NCBI GenBank assembly: GCA_963732385.1
Contig: CAVSZB010000007.1
Coordinates: forward strand, 320,001 to 384,000
Length of the DNA: 64,000 nt
Direction of reading: 5' to 3'
From: an uncultured bacterium
Lineage (GTDB): Bacteria > Krumholzibacteriota > Krumholzibacteriia > LZORAL124-64-63
In this document: positions 10,094 through 18,582 of the stretch, in pieces
Position numbering within the stretch: position 1 is the stretch's first letter
Layout of the letters: the number at the start of each line of letters is the position of its first letter
The notes under the pieces: generated by a model
Databases searched by the model: none
What the model was told of the DNA's origin: nothing
The model's input: the letters and a program-made list of their open reading frames with translations, nothing else
Made by a program: the position numbers and the translations under genes

Positions 10094-10096
10094 GTC

Positions 10097-11083
10097 CTAA
10101 GGCGCGGGCGTGTCGGGTGCGGTCGCGACCGGCGACCGCTCCAGGAACATCCGGCGCCGGCCCAGGAAAACCGCCATCCCGATTGCCACCGCCAGCCACA
10201 GGGTCGCCAGCCGCACCACCAGCGCGGCAGCCACCGCGGTCCCGCCCGCCAGACCGGCGGCGCCAAGCAGGAAGATGATCGTGCCCTCCGTCCCGCCCAG
10301 GCCTCCAGGCAGGAAGATGAGCGATCCGGCCAGGGTGGCGATCGCGTAGACGAAGGTGGCGGTGAGTGGCGACACGGGTGCGTTCAGACTGCCGCAGACG
10401 AACCAGAGGCTGAGACACTCCGCGGCCCAGGCAATCAGACTGAGAACGAAGGCAGCCGCGGCGGTGTGGACCGTGGAGAGCCGCTGGAGGGCGTCGAGCG
10501 CCTCGCCGAGCGCCGCGCGGCAGGCCTGCAACCGGGGGGCACGGGTGGCGACGGCGAGCAATCGGGCCTGCAGGCGACGTGAGCGGAGCGACAACAGCAA
10601 CAGCAGGATCATGGTGGCGACCGCCAGGCTGGGCCGCAGACCGGCCAGCGGCCCGTGCCAGGCGGCGAGTCCGGCTCCGGCCAGGGCGAGGACCGCCAGA
10701 AAGTCGAGCACCCGCTCCGCGATGAGGATGGGGATCCCGGTCGACAGGGGAACACCGTGCTTCTCCCGGAGATAACCGGCCTTGTACAGCTCGCCCACCT
10801 TGCCGGGCGTCACGACCATGGCGAAGGTCGCCAGGAACAGGGCCAGGCTCTCCCCGAAGCCGAGAGGGACCCGCAGGCTGCGGCGATAGAGTTCCCAGCG
10901 CCAGAACCGCAGAGCATAATTGAAGAGCGAGAGGCCGACGAGGGTCGGGATGAGCGAGGGCGAGAGGTGTGACAGGGCGCGTCGCGTATCGTTCCAGCCG
11001 GCGGTCAGAGTGATCAGCAAATAGAGGAGGGCCGCGCCTGCCACGATCACGAACGCTTTCCCCAACCGGCTTGATTCGGACAT
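10097..11083 (-). CDS. Lysylphosphatidylglycerol synthase TM / UPF0104 flippase-like membrane protein
   Basis: LRFWRW, TPGKVGE..K, ERVLD, PGGLGGTE, RLATLW motifs; multiple TMs. Confidence 0.88.
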   Translation of the reverse strand: MSESSRLGKAFVIVAGAALLYLLITLTAGWNDTRRALSHLSPSLIPTLVGLSLFNYALRFWRWELYRRSLRVPLGFGESLALFLATFAMVVTPGKVGELYKAGYLREKHGVPLSTGIPILIAERVLDFLAVLALAGAGLAAWHGPLAGLRPSLAVATMILLLLLSLRSRRLQARLLAVATRAPRLQACRAALGEALDALQRLSTVHTAAAAFVLSLIAWAAECLSLWFVCGSLNAPVSPLTATFVYAIATLAGSLIFLPGGLGGTEGTIIFLLGAAGLAGGTAVAAALVVRLATLWLAVAIGMAVFLGRRRMFLERSPVATAPDTPAP

Positions 11084-11177
11084 CGATTTTCCTCACCGTT
11101 CGGAATCATGCCCGGTCGGGCCCCGGGCAGACATCTGATTTTGAGAAGCGTTTTGCATATGAAACGCATTATTTTGG

Positions 11178-11206
11178 TTGCGAACAGACCCAATATATAG
11201 TACAAT
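11178..11206 (+). promoter_or_regulatory. sigma70-type promoter of the sugar transferase gene
   Basis: TTGCGA-N17-TACAAT in an AT-rich intergenic region; inverted repeat GCGTTT-N8-AAACGC at 11148-11167 just upstream. Confidence 0.6.
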
Positions 11207-11384
11207 TTGCAGCCATGGTCATCCAGGAGGAAGGGGACCTCCTGAATATTTGACCGAGGTTCACTTGGGGTTTCATCAGTGGATTTGCGAAGCTGAACGC
11301 TGGCAGTCGTTTAGATGAATGCTTTTGTCAGGGAAAATACAAGACGATATCAGATCAACTTACACAGCAAGGATATCCTCGCCG

Positions 11385-12203
11385 ATGCCTCGCAATGAAG
11401 AATCGAAAATCTCCGCGTTCGAAGAGCGAACGGTCCTCAGCACAGGCGGTCCCGGGAGCGAAGGCAATATCCTTCGTCTTCCCTATTTCGCGCAGCCGCG
11501 GCCTGAAGCATCAGTGGCGACTCTGGCCGAGTATCTGGCCGCGAACCGAAGTAGTCCGGTGGCTCTGCTCTGGAAACGGGCCGTAGATGTCACCGTGGCA
11601 CTGCTAGCTCTCTCTTGCTTCATCGCGCTGCTTCCGCTCATCGCCTTGGCGATCAGGCTCGATTCGCGCGGTCCGATTTTCTATTCGCAGACGCGGATCG
11701 GGATCAACCGTCGCCGTCGGCGCGTGGGTGGCTATGGCGAAGTGGATCAGCGCAAGGTGGTTCAGCCGGGGCGGCCGTTCCGCATCCTTAAACTGCGGAC
11801 CATGCGAGTCGATGCCGAGCAGAACGGACCGCAGTGGGCCGCCCGGAACGATAACCGGATCACCCGCGTGGGGCGTTTTTTGCGCCAGACCCGTCTGGAT
11901 GAGGTGCCGCAGTTCACAAATGTCCTGCGCGGGGAGATGAGTCTGATCGGCCCGCGCCCCGAGCGGCTCTGCTTCATCCACAAGCTCGAGAAGGAGGTTC
12001 CGAACTATCGGGACCGGCTGCTCGTGCTGCCCGGCATCACCGGTCTCGCCCAGGTCATCAATGGCTATGACGACAGTACCGATTCGGTGCGGCGCAAGGT
12101 CGAACTGGATCGACAGTACATCCGCAGTCTCAGCCTCTGGACCGACCTGCGCATCATCGCTCACACCGTGCGGGTCGTTTTGACCGGTGAGGGCGCCGCC
12201 TGA
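11385..12203 (+). CDS. Priming sugar transferase (undecaprenyl-phosphate sugar-1-P transferase, Bac_transf)
   Basis: KRAVD, DSRGPIFYSQ.RIG, KLRTM, RITRVGRFLR.TRLDEVPQF.NVL.GEMSLIGPRPE, PGITGLAQV; start uncertain (11319 or 11385). Confidence 0.92.
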   Translation: MPRNEESKISAFEERTVLSTGGPGSEGNILRLPYFAQPRPEASVATLAEYLAANRSSPVALLWKRAVDVTVALLALSCFIALLPLIALAIRLDSRGPIFYSQTRIGINRRRRRVGGYGEVDQRKVVQPGRPFRILKLRTMRVDAEQNGPQWAARNDNRITRVGRFLRQTRLDEVPQFTNVLRGEMSLIGPRPERLCFIHKLEKEVPNYRDRLLVLPGITGLAQVINGYDDSTDSVRRKVELDRQYIRSLSLWTDLRIIAHTVRVVLTGEGAA

Positions 12204-12231
12204 GCCGGACCGTCAGCGTTTTCGATCCCGC

Positions 12232-12264
12232 AGCCGTGGCGCCTCCGAGGCGCCGCGGCTTTTT
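12232..12264 (+). terminator. Rho-independent terminator
   Basis: AGCCGTGGCGCCT-CCG-AGGCGCCGCGGCT stem followed by TTTT. Confidence 0.75.
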
Positions 12265-12391
12265 CCGGGGGGCCAATTCCCTTGTCAGCCCGTCTTGTGC
12301 ACGGGATAATACGCGCGTTCGCGCAGTTCATCTCCAGCCGGCGGTCCGGCCTTGCGCCGGACCCGCTGTCTCCTGTGAGGACCGAGGACCC

Positions 12392-12931
12392 ATGATTTCA
12401 CCGACTGACGGTGGCCGGCGGCGACGGGCGGCTGGCGCCGGCCTGGGACTGCTCGCGGCGGGGTTGCTCGCATGGGGCGGCTGCGGGATCTACTCGACCA
12501 CTTCGGGGCGGCTGGACCCGACGCTGCGCCGGGTGGCGGTGCCATTCCTGGAGAACCAATCGACCGAGCCGAACATCGAGATAGAATTGACGGACGCCAT
12601 CGTGCGGGCGCTGCAGGACGACAACACCCTGAAGGTGACCGACGAGCCGCACGCCGACACGGTTTTGTCCGGCAAGGTGGTGCGTTACAAGCTCAAGGAG
12701 GCATTCGCGCGTGCGGATCTGCAGGTGGACGAGTACCAGGTGCAGATAATGGTGGAGTTGAGCCTCGTCAGGCGACTCACCAACGAACCGCTGTTCGCCA
12801 AGCGACGACTGACCGGCACCGGCAACTTCATCCTGAACGATCCGAACGGAAGCACGGAGCGCACGGCGCGGACCCAGGCCGCCGCGGAGATCGTGCGTCA
12901 ACTGGTGGCCCTGGTCGTGGAGGACTGGTGA
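12392..12931 (+). CDS. lptE: LPS assembly lipoprotein LptE family
   Basis: Lipobox-like LAWGGC-G-IY, VAVPFLENQS.EP.IE..LT, ADTVLSG.V, C-terminal DW; directly upstream of holA. Confidence 0.75.
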   Translation: MISPTDGGRRRRAAGAGLGLLAAGLLAWGGCGIYSTTSGRLDPTLRRVAVPFLENQSTEPNIEIELTDAIVRALQDDNTLKVTDEPHADTVLSGKVVRYKLKEAFARADLQVDEYQVQIMVELSLVRRLTNEPLFAKRRLTGTGNFILNDPNGSTERTARTQAAAEIVRQLVALVVEDW

Positions 12932-12934
12932 AGC

Positions 12935-13972
12935 GTGAACGCGCGCGCGCTGAAGGGACGTGAGCCGGGATTCGGGGATCTGCGCGCCGAACTGAAGGCG
13001 CTGCAGATCCGGCCGGTCTACGTGATCGAGGGGGATGACCGCCACCGGGTCGAGGAGACCGTGCGGTGGTTGCGCGACAAGCTGCTGGACGCGGCGGCGC
13101 AGGCATTCAATTTCCATCTGCACGCCGGTGATGGCGCTGATCTCCGGATCGTCCTGCAGCAGGCGCGCAGCTACCCGATGCTCGCGGCGCGCCAGGTGAT
13201 CTGGGTGCGCGATTGCGACCGCTGTTCCCTGGCCGAGGGGCGTGAGGCGGCGTTGGAACGTTATCTCGCCGAACCGGTCCCCGAGACCGTGCTGATTTTG
13301 TCGGCCGAGAAGCTCGACGGGCGCCGTCGGTGGGTGAAGCTGGCGCGGGAGGGGGGAGGTTGGTATCGCTTCAACCCGCCGGAGGGGGCGGACCTGGTCA
13401 AATGGGCGCGTGCGACCGCCGAGCGCGAGGGGCTCGCCCTGGACCAGGATCTGGCCGCGGACCTGTGCGAGAGGGTGGGTAGCGATCTGCGCGCGCTCGG
13501 CGGAGAGATCGCCAAGCTGGCGCTGGCTGCGGGCGAGAAAGGTTCGTGCCTGAGCGCGGCGGAAGTGCGGGAACTGGTGTTGGCGCAACGCGACGTCGAT
13601 CCGTGGGAACTGGTGGGGGCGCTCTCCGGCCGCGACCCCACGACGGTTTTGCGGGTCTGGCGCCGCCTGGCCGGCGACGGCCACACGGCGCAGGAGGTCT
13701 TCCCGCTGCTTGTGTTCAAGATCCGCCAGTTGGCGCTGGCGGGCGCGCTGCTCGCCGAGGGGATGAACGAGGGCGCGGTGGCGAAGAGGGTCGGCCTCTG
13801 GGGCCGCTCGGCACCCGACGCCTGGAGGGTCATCCGTGAACTCGGGCCGATCGGCCTCGCCCGGGCGCTGGAGGCTTGTCGCAAGGCGGAGGGCGCGCTC
13901 AAGAGCAGTCCTCTCAAGCCGGAACTGATCTTCGAGAAGGCGTTGCTGGAAATCTGTGGCGGACCCGCGTAG
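12935..13972 (+). CDS. holA: DNA polymerase III subunit delta
   Basis: PVYVIEGDD, AFNF, SYPMLAARQVIWV, VGSDLRAL..EIAKL, LKSS; lptE-holA order. Confidence 0.9.
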   Translation: MNARALKGREPGFGDLRAELKALQIRPVYVIEGDDRHRVEETVRWLRDKLLDAAAQAFNFHLHAGDGADLRIVLQQARSYPMLAARQVIWVRDCDRCSLAEGREAALERYLAEPVPETVLILSAEKLDGRRRWVKLAREGGGWYRFNPPEGADLVKWARATAEREGLALDQDLAADLCERVGSDLRALGGEIAKLALAAGEKGSCLSAAEVRELVLAQRDVDPWELVGALSGRDPTTVLRVWRRLAGDGHTAQEVFPLLVFKIRQLALAGALLAEGMNEGAVAKRVGLWGRSAPDAWRVIRELGPIGLARALEACRKAEGALKSSPLKPELIFEKALLEICGGPA

Positions 13973-14029
13973 ACTGCCGCCGGCGAAGACCGACAACCCG
14001 CAACCCGAACGCGGCAGAAAGGACGGGCC

Positions 14030-14356
14030 ATGTCCGGTCCCCTGATGGAGCTGGCTGACGCCGACTTCGGCGCCAAGGTGCTCAAGAGTGAACTCCCGGT
14101 GCTGGTTGATTTCTGGGCGCCGTGGTGCGGCCCGTGCAAGCTGCTGGCGCCGGTACTCGAGGAACTGGCCGGTGAGCTGGCCGGCCGACTCGTCATCGGC
14201 AAGCTGGACATCATGCAGCAACAGCAGACCGCCGCCACCTATGGCATCCGTTCGATCCCGGCGCTCCTGTTATTCAAGCAGGGGCAGGTCGCCGACACGA
14301 TCGTCGGGAACATGCCGAAGCAGAAGCTCCGGGATCGCCTGCTGAAGGCGCTGTGA
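14030..14356 (+). CDS. trxA: Thioredoxin
   Basis: VDFWAPWCGPCK, YGIRSIP.LLLFK.G. Confidence 0.97.
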   Translation: MSGPLMELADADFGAKVLKSELPVLVDFWAPWCGPCKLLAPVLEELAGELAGRLVIGKLDIMQQQQTAATYGIRSIPALLLFKQGQVADTIVGNMPKQKLRDRLLKAL

Positions 14357-14360
14357 TCCG

Positions 14361-14636
14361 ATGAGCGCCGAACTGGTCGTCAACGCGCGTCATTTGTCCG
14401 GCGACGGGCCGCTGTGGATGCTGTACGAGGCGGCGGCTCGGGGACCCGGCGAGCGGCTGCGGCTCATCGTCAGCGACGAGCCTACTGCGCAGGCGGTGTT
14501 GCGGGCGCTGCACGGTTGTGGCCTGACGGCCAGTCTCGATCCGATCGGCGAGGAGTACCACGTGCTCTGTCACGCCGATCGCTCGGCGCGCGACGCCCTG
14601 CGGGGATGGCTCGATTCTCCGCCCGATTTGCGCTGA
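14361..14636 (+). CDS. TusA/SirA-like small protein lacking the CPxP cysteine
   Basis: VVNARHLSGDGPL aligns by eye with D.RGL.CP.P; GERLRLIVSD and final beta strand match the TusA pattern. Confidence 0.5.
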   Translation: MSAELVVNARHLSGDGPLWMLYEAAARGPGERLRLIVSDEPTAQAVLRALHGCGLTASLDPIGEEYHVLCHADRSARDALRGWLDSPPDLR

Positions 14637-14676
14637 GAGGCGCGGTGGCAAGTGGCGGCGGCGGGGTTTCTCCCTA

Positions 14677-14704
14677 GCTTAACATAATATACATTATGCG
14701 CAAT
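14677..14704 (-). other. dif: dif site (XerC/XerD chromosome dimer resolution site)
   Basis: Minus strand ATTGCGCATAATGTATATTATGTTAAGC vs E. coli GGTGCGCATAATGTATATTATGTTAAAT (24 contiguous identities); intergenic between convergent genes at the strand switch. Confidence 0.93.
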
Positions 14705-14780
14705 TCGATCTGCAACTCATTCCAGGGCTGCAGCCACGATTGTTGCCAGAGCGGCCCCACGAGCCCCGCTCCCCGCTACA

Positions 14781-15146
14781 TTATTGGGCGTGGATCGGCA
14801 CCTTGTCGGCGAATTCGTCCAGGAACGGAACACGCCATTCCTCGCCTGAGAGCGCCTTGACGAAGCCGATGACCGAGAGTCCGAGGCAGAGCAGGAAAAA
14901 CACGAGGTGCAGCAGGATCGAAACCAGAAGCCCAAGGATCGGGATCTGCCCTACCGTCTTGTCGATGACAGCGAGCACCAGGAAGATGACCACTTCCGCG
15001 AAGAATAGCGCGAACCCCTGCCGGCAGTGCCGAGCCAGGAATTCGCTGCGCGGTCGCGCGAAGATCGGCACCACGACCAGAAAATTCAAATAGCAGACCG
15101 CTCCGAGCCATCGGTCGTTGACGTACGCTTCCTTCTCCAAGGTCAA
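14781..15146 (-). CDS. DUF4870 (Tic20-like) membrane protein
   Basis: LGAVCYL, SEFLARHCRQGF, IPILG, GFVKALSGEEWRVPFL. Confidence 0.8.
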   Translation of the reverse strand: MTLEKEAYVNDRWLGAVCYLNFLVVVPIFARPRSEFLARHCRQGFALFFAEVVIFLVLAVIDKTVGQIPILGLLVSILLHLVFFLLCLGLSVIGFVKALSGEEWRVPFLDEFADKVPIHAQ

Positions 15147-15175
15147 CCTCCGGCTGCGACCCGGGCCGACCGAAA

Positions 15176-15865
15176 TCAGCCGGCCAGCGCCTTCAGCAGC
15201 TGGATGCGGTTTTCCAGATCGCGGGCCTCGAGGTCGAGAGCGCCGCTGTCGATTTCCTTCTGAAGCGTCGTCAGTAGATCCGCAGCGGCCCCCGGCTTGC
15301 CGTCGAGGCGGAGCAGGTCGGCCAGCAGCAGCGTGCCGTCGTAGCGCTCGCCAGCGCCGAGACCGGGCGTCTGCAGCAGATCGCGCACGGTTGTCTGGGC
15401 TTCCGGGAATCGCTTCATCGATCCGAGAACCGAAGCCTTCAGCAGACGCAGCGCATTCTTGAGACCCGCATCACCGCCATTGCCGGACAGGGCCTTGTCG
15501 ATCGTGTTCAGCGCCGCGTCGTTCTCGCCCAGGGCCGCCTGAGCCTGCGCCAGATCGAAATTGCCCTGCGCGGCGAACTTGTTGCCGCCGAAGTTGTCGC
15601 GCAAATCCTGAAGCGGCTGTTTCGCCGCCGCGAACGCCCCACGCTGCAGCAGCGATTCGCCCTGGAAAAGCAGGTAAGACGCCTTCTGCGCGGAGCGCGT
15701 CTGCCCCTGCTGCATGAAGCGTACACCGAATACGACCGCGATCACCACGAGCAGGCCGATGCCGACCCGGGAGTAATTCGCCTGGAGAAAATCGGTGGCG
15801 CGGGCCGTTCCCTCCATGAAGCTGTCGTGTTTGAGTTCCTTGCGCGTCAGCTTGTGGGTAGGCAC
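15176..15865 (-). CDS. Single-pass membrane TPR protein (YfgM-like)
   Basis: GTG start with AGGAG RBS; HKLTRKELKHDSF N-terminus, one TM, TPR-like helices. Confidence 0.8.
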   Translation of the reverse strand: MPTHKLTRKELKHDSFMEGTARATDFLQANYSRVGIGLLVVIAVVFGVRFMQQGQTRSAQKASYLLFQGESLLQRGAFAAAKQPLQDLRDNFGGNKFAAQGNFDLAQAQAALGENDAALNTIDKALSGNGGDAGLKNALRLLKASVLGSMKRFPEAQTTVRDLLQTPGLGAGERYDGTLLLADLLRLDGKPGAAADLLTTLQKEIDSGALDLEARDLENRIQLLKALAG

Positions 15866-16013
15866 TCCAGGATCTCCTGTCACGTTTCGAAGGTAAGCCA
15901 ACAAAAGATTCATGCACCGTACGCGCCTGCGCGTCAGGTGCTGCGTGCGCGAATATAGATGAACAGGGCGGAAAATTCCACTACTGCGGCACCTTCGCTG
16001 GCAGACGGCGACA

Positions 16014-16042
16014 TTGACAACGGAATGAGTCTTGATTATCGT
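16014..16042 (+). promoter_or_regulatory. sigma70 promoter driving the candidate ncRNA
   Basis: TTGACA-N17-TATCGT; predicted +1 at about 16049. Confidence 0.65.
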
Positions 16043-16048
16043 GCCGCC

Positions 16049-16180
16049 ATCAGGGGACGGTGGCAAGCCTGTCGCATCGTGATCCCTCGGCTCTGGAGCC
16101 CGATTCGGATAATCTCTGCATGAGGGCCACTGCAGGGCGCTAGAGACACGTCACGCACGCGGGTTGCTCCGCCCCCTGAT
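16049..16180 (+). ncRNA. Candidate structured non-coding RNA (6S/SsrS-like rod or novel family)
   Basis: Ends pair (ATCAGGGG/CCCCTGAT); nested helices CGG/CCG, GCAA/TTGC, CCTG/CGGG, CGTGA/TCACG, CTCTGGAGCCC/GGGCGCTAGAG; starts at the predicted +1; no convincing ORF. Confidence 0.55.
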
Positions 16181-16252
16181 AAACAAGTATCTGTGACGGT
16201 GTCGCTCAAGATTTCTGGCGCCCTCTCCCTGAATCTTGACGATGTTTGCGAG

Positions 16253-16278
16253 GCGAGCCGCCCACGGGGGCGGCTCGC
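16253..16278. terminator. Strong hairpin between the convergent ncRNA candidate and tRNA-Arg
   Basis: GCGAGCCGCCC-ACGG-GGGCGGCTCGC, perfect 11-bp stem; weak U-tract. Confidence 0.55.
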
Positions 16279-16287
16279 TGCGTTGGG

Positions 16288-16364
16288 TGGTGCCCCAGAC
16301 AGGACTCGAACCTGTGGCCCCAGGTTTAGGAAACCTGTGCTCTATCCACCTGAGCTACTGGGGC
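16288..16364 (-). tRNA. tRNA-Arg (anticodon CCT)
   Basis: GCCCCAG...CTGGGGC-ACCA; anticodon arm CAGGT-TTCCTAA-ACCTG. Confidence 0.97.
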
Positions 16365-16454
16365 AAGAGACTATAATTCAATAACTTGCGCACGTATGTT
16401 CAGAACGGACATCGCCCTTGGACGGTGGGTCCCTGCTCTCAATATGACGCGCCG

Positions 16455-16967
16455 TCAGTAATTGACAAGGGAAAAGACCTCGGCGCCTTTCAACTGCGCC
16501 CGACCCGCCAGCGCTTCCAGCTCCACCATGAACAACCAGGCGGTCACCACTCCCCCTTGCCGGACCACCAGTCGACCCGCGGCGGCTGCGGTGCCGCCGG
16601 TGGCGAGCAGGTCGTCCACGACCACCACCCGTTCGCCAGGGGCGAGTGCGTCGGCGTGCATCTGCAGTTCGGCCTCGCCGTACTCCAGCGCATAGCGCTC
16701 GGCGACCGTGGCCGCCGGGAGCTTGCCCGGCTTGCGCAGGATGATGAGCCCCTTGCCGAGCTCCGCCGCCAGCGGGGCCGCGAACAGGAATCCGCGCGAT
16801 TCGATGGCGGCGAACTTGTCGAAACGCAACGGAGTCAGCAGGTCGCGCAGCCCGGAGAGGGCCGCGCGAAACGCCGCGGGATCGGCCAGCACTGGCGTGA
16901 TGTCCTTGAACAGGATTCCCGGTTTAGGAAAATCCGGGACGTCGCGGATGATTTGCCGCAGATCCAT
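16455..16967 (-). CDS. apt: Adenine phosphoribosyltransferase
   Basis: IRDVPDFPKPGILFKDIT, ESRGFLF, RKPGKLP, YALEYG, VDDLLATGGT. Confidence 0.97.
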   Translation of the reverse strand: MDLRQIIRDVPDFPKPGILFKDITPVLADPAAFRAALSGLRDLLTPLRFDKFAAIESRGFLFAAPLAAELGKGLIILRKPGKLPAATVAERYALEYGEAELQMHADALAPGERVVVVDDLLATGGTAAAAGRLVVRQGGVVTAWLFMVELEALAGRAQLKGAEVFSLVNY

Positions 16968-16982
16968 GCCCCTCCCCCTTGA

Positions 16983-17684
16983 TCAGCGCAACAGCCGCGT
17001 CGGGCGCACTGCCTGACGCCCCTCGCGTAATTCCACGTGCAGGTAGGGGCGCGGTCCCTCGTGCGGTTTGCCGACCCGGCCCAGCTCGTCGCCCCGCAGC
17101 ACGATCTCTCCGACCCGGCAGCGACTCGTGTCGGGCTCGACTGGCGCCAGCACCGTGGACCAGCCGGAGGCGTGCTCCAGGATGATGACCGTGCCGAACC
17201 CTTCCTGAGGGCCGCAGTAGCGCACCACGCCGGTGGCGGGCGCGTGCACGACGGCGCCCAGCGGGACGGCGACATCGATGCCGGTGTGTGGCACGTGCCC
17301 GCCCGAAAGCTGCCTGTGCGCACCGAACCCGCGCAAAACCGGGCCATGGCGGATGCCGAGCGGCCGCCGCCAGCGCAGGTCCGCCACCTTGAGGCGGCGC
17401 AGCGGATCCGTGATGCGCAACCGCTGGTCGGGGTGCAGCAAGGCGCCGATGACGGGGTTGTCGCGCAGCACCTGTTGCGCCGGCACGCCAAGCAGGCGGG
17501 CCACCTTCGCCACGGAGTCGCCTGGACGCACGGTATACCAGGCGGACGGCGCGGCGCCGCGAGCCGGCGAAAAGAGCAACAGCAGCACAGCCAGCAACAG
17601 CCCGCTGAGCAGCCGGCGGTCCGACAGGAGACGGATGGGCGTGCGCAGTCGCGTGATCATGACCTCGCGTAACGGTTTCGACAT
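16983..17684 (-). CDS. LysM plus M23 family peptidoglycan hydrolase/activator (NlpD-like)
   Basis: Signal peptide, YTVRPGDS LysM, HTGIDVAVPLG, YLHVELR; downstream of surE-pcm. Confidence 0.85.
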   Translation of the reverse strand: MSKPLREVMITRLRTPIRLLSDRRLLSGLLLAVLLLLFSPARGAAPSAWYTVRPGDSVAKVARLLGVPAQQVLRDNPVIGALLHPDQRLRITDPLRRLKVADLRWRRPLGIRHGPVLRGFGAHRQLSGGHVPHTGIDVAVPLGAVVHAPATGVVRYCGPQEGFGTVIILEHASGWSTVLAPVEPDTSRCRVGEIVLRGDELGRVGKPHEGPRPYLHVELREGRQAVRPTRLLR

Positions 17685-17727
17685 CAGCGGTTCAGGTTGC
17701 CCGAGCCGTGCCCGCGATGCAAGACCG

Positions 17728-17760
17728 AAAAGACAAAGGGGCTCGCCCTGCGGCGGCCCC
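17728..17760 (-). terminator. Terminator after tRNA-Pro(CGG)
   Basis: GGGGCCGCC-GCAG-GGCGAGCCCC followed by TTTGTCTTTT on the minus strand. Confidence 0.65.
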
Positions 17761-17775
17761 ATGCGAGAAATAGTT

Positions 17776-17853
17776 TGGTCGGGGCGGAGAGATTTGAACT
17801 CTCGACTTCCTGGTCCCGAACCAGGCGCGCTAACCGGGCTGCGCTACGCCCCG
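17776..17853 (-). tRNA. tRNA-Pro (anticodon CGG)
   Basis: CGGGGCG...CGCCCCG-ACCA; anticodon arm CCTGG-TTCGGGA-CCAGG. Confidence 0.97.
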
Positions 17854-17916
17854 ACCGAAACGACCCTGTAATCTACCCAACGGCGGGCGATAACGCAACC
17901 GCTGATCAGCGTTCCG

Positions 17917-18582
17917 TCAACGCGACGGGGCGGCGGCGGCCAGCCCCCTCAGCAACGGCACGAATCGGCAGGGCACGGAACGCTCGATCGCCGGGCGTCC
18001 CTCCCGGCGCTGGAAACGATAGAGGGTCTGGCTGCCGTCCTGCCCGAGGAGCGGGATGATCAATCGCCCTCCCTCGGCCAGGCGCCGGTAGAGCGCCTCG
18101 GGGAAGCGGTCGGCGCAGGCGGTGACCACGATGGCATCGAACAGCAACGGCTCCGGCGGCGGCTCGCAGCCGTCGTGCAACTGCACCGTGACGTTCGTGA
18201 TGCCCTGCTCCGCCAGCGTGATGGCGGCGCGCCGCGCCAGGGGCTCCAGCCGCTCCACGCTCAGCACCGTCCGCGACAGCCGCGCGAGGATGGCCGCCTG
18301 GTAGCCGGAGCCGGTGCCGACCTCGAGCACGGACTCCCCGCCCGTCAGCTCGAGCAGGGCGGTCATCAGGCCCACGGTGAACGGCTGGCTGATGGTCTGC
18401 CCGTAGCCGATCGGCAGCGCGCACGCCTGGTAGGCGCGGTGGCGGATCAGGCGCGGCACGAACAGATGGCGCGGCACCTCGCGCATCGCCGCCAGCACCC
18501 GCGGGTCGACCAGCCCGGCCCCGCGCAGCTGCTCGGTCACCATGCGGCCCCGCGCGACCCGGTAATCGTTCTCGCCGCTCAT
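17917..18582 (-). CDS. pcm: Protein-L-isoaspartate O-methyltransferase
   Basis: VPRHLFV, ALPIGYGQTISQP, VLEVGTGSGYQAAILA, FVPL; ATGA overlap with the surE stop. Confidence 0.96.
   Translation of the reverse strand: MSGENDYRVARGRMVTEQLRGAGLVDPRVLAAMREVPRHLFVPRLIRHRAYQACALPIGYGQTISQPFTVGLMTALLELTGGESVLEVGTGSGYQAAILARLSRTVLSVERLEPLARRAAITLAEQGITNVTVQLHDGCEPPPEPLLFDAIVVTACADRFPEALYRRLAEGGRLIIPLLGQDGSQTLYRFQRREGRPAIERSVPCRFVPLLRGLAAAAPSR

Noticed and set aside
16049..16180. SRP RNA, tmRNA, RNase P RNA or tRNA-Sec identity for the structured RNA
   Set aside because: Lacks the SRP CAGG..GGAA..AGCAG core, the tRNA-like TTCGA/CCA ends, the GAGGAAAGTCC motif and a TCA anticodon arm
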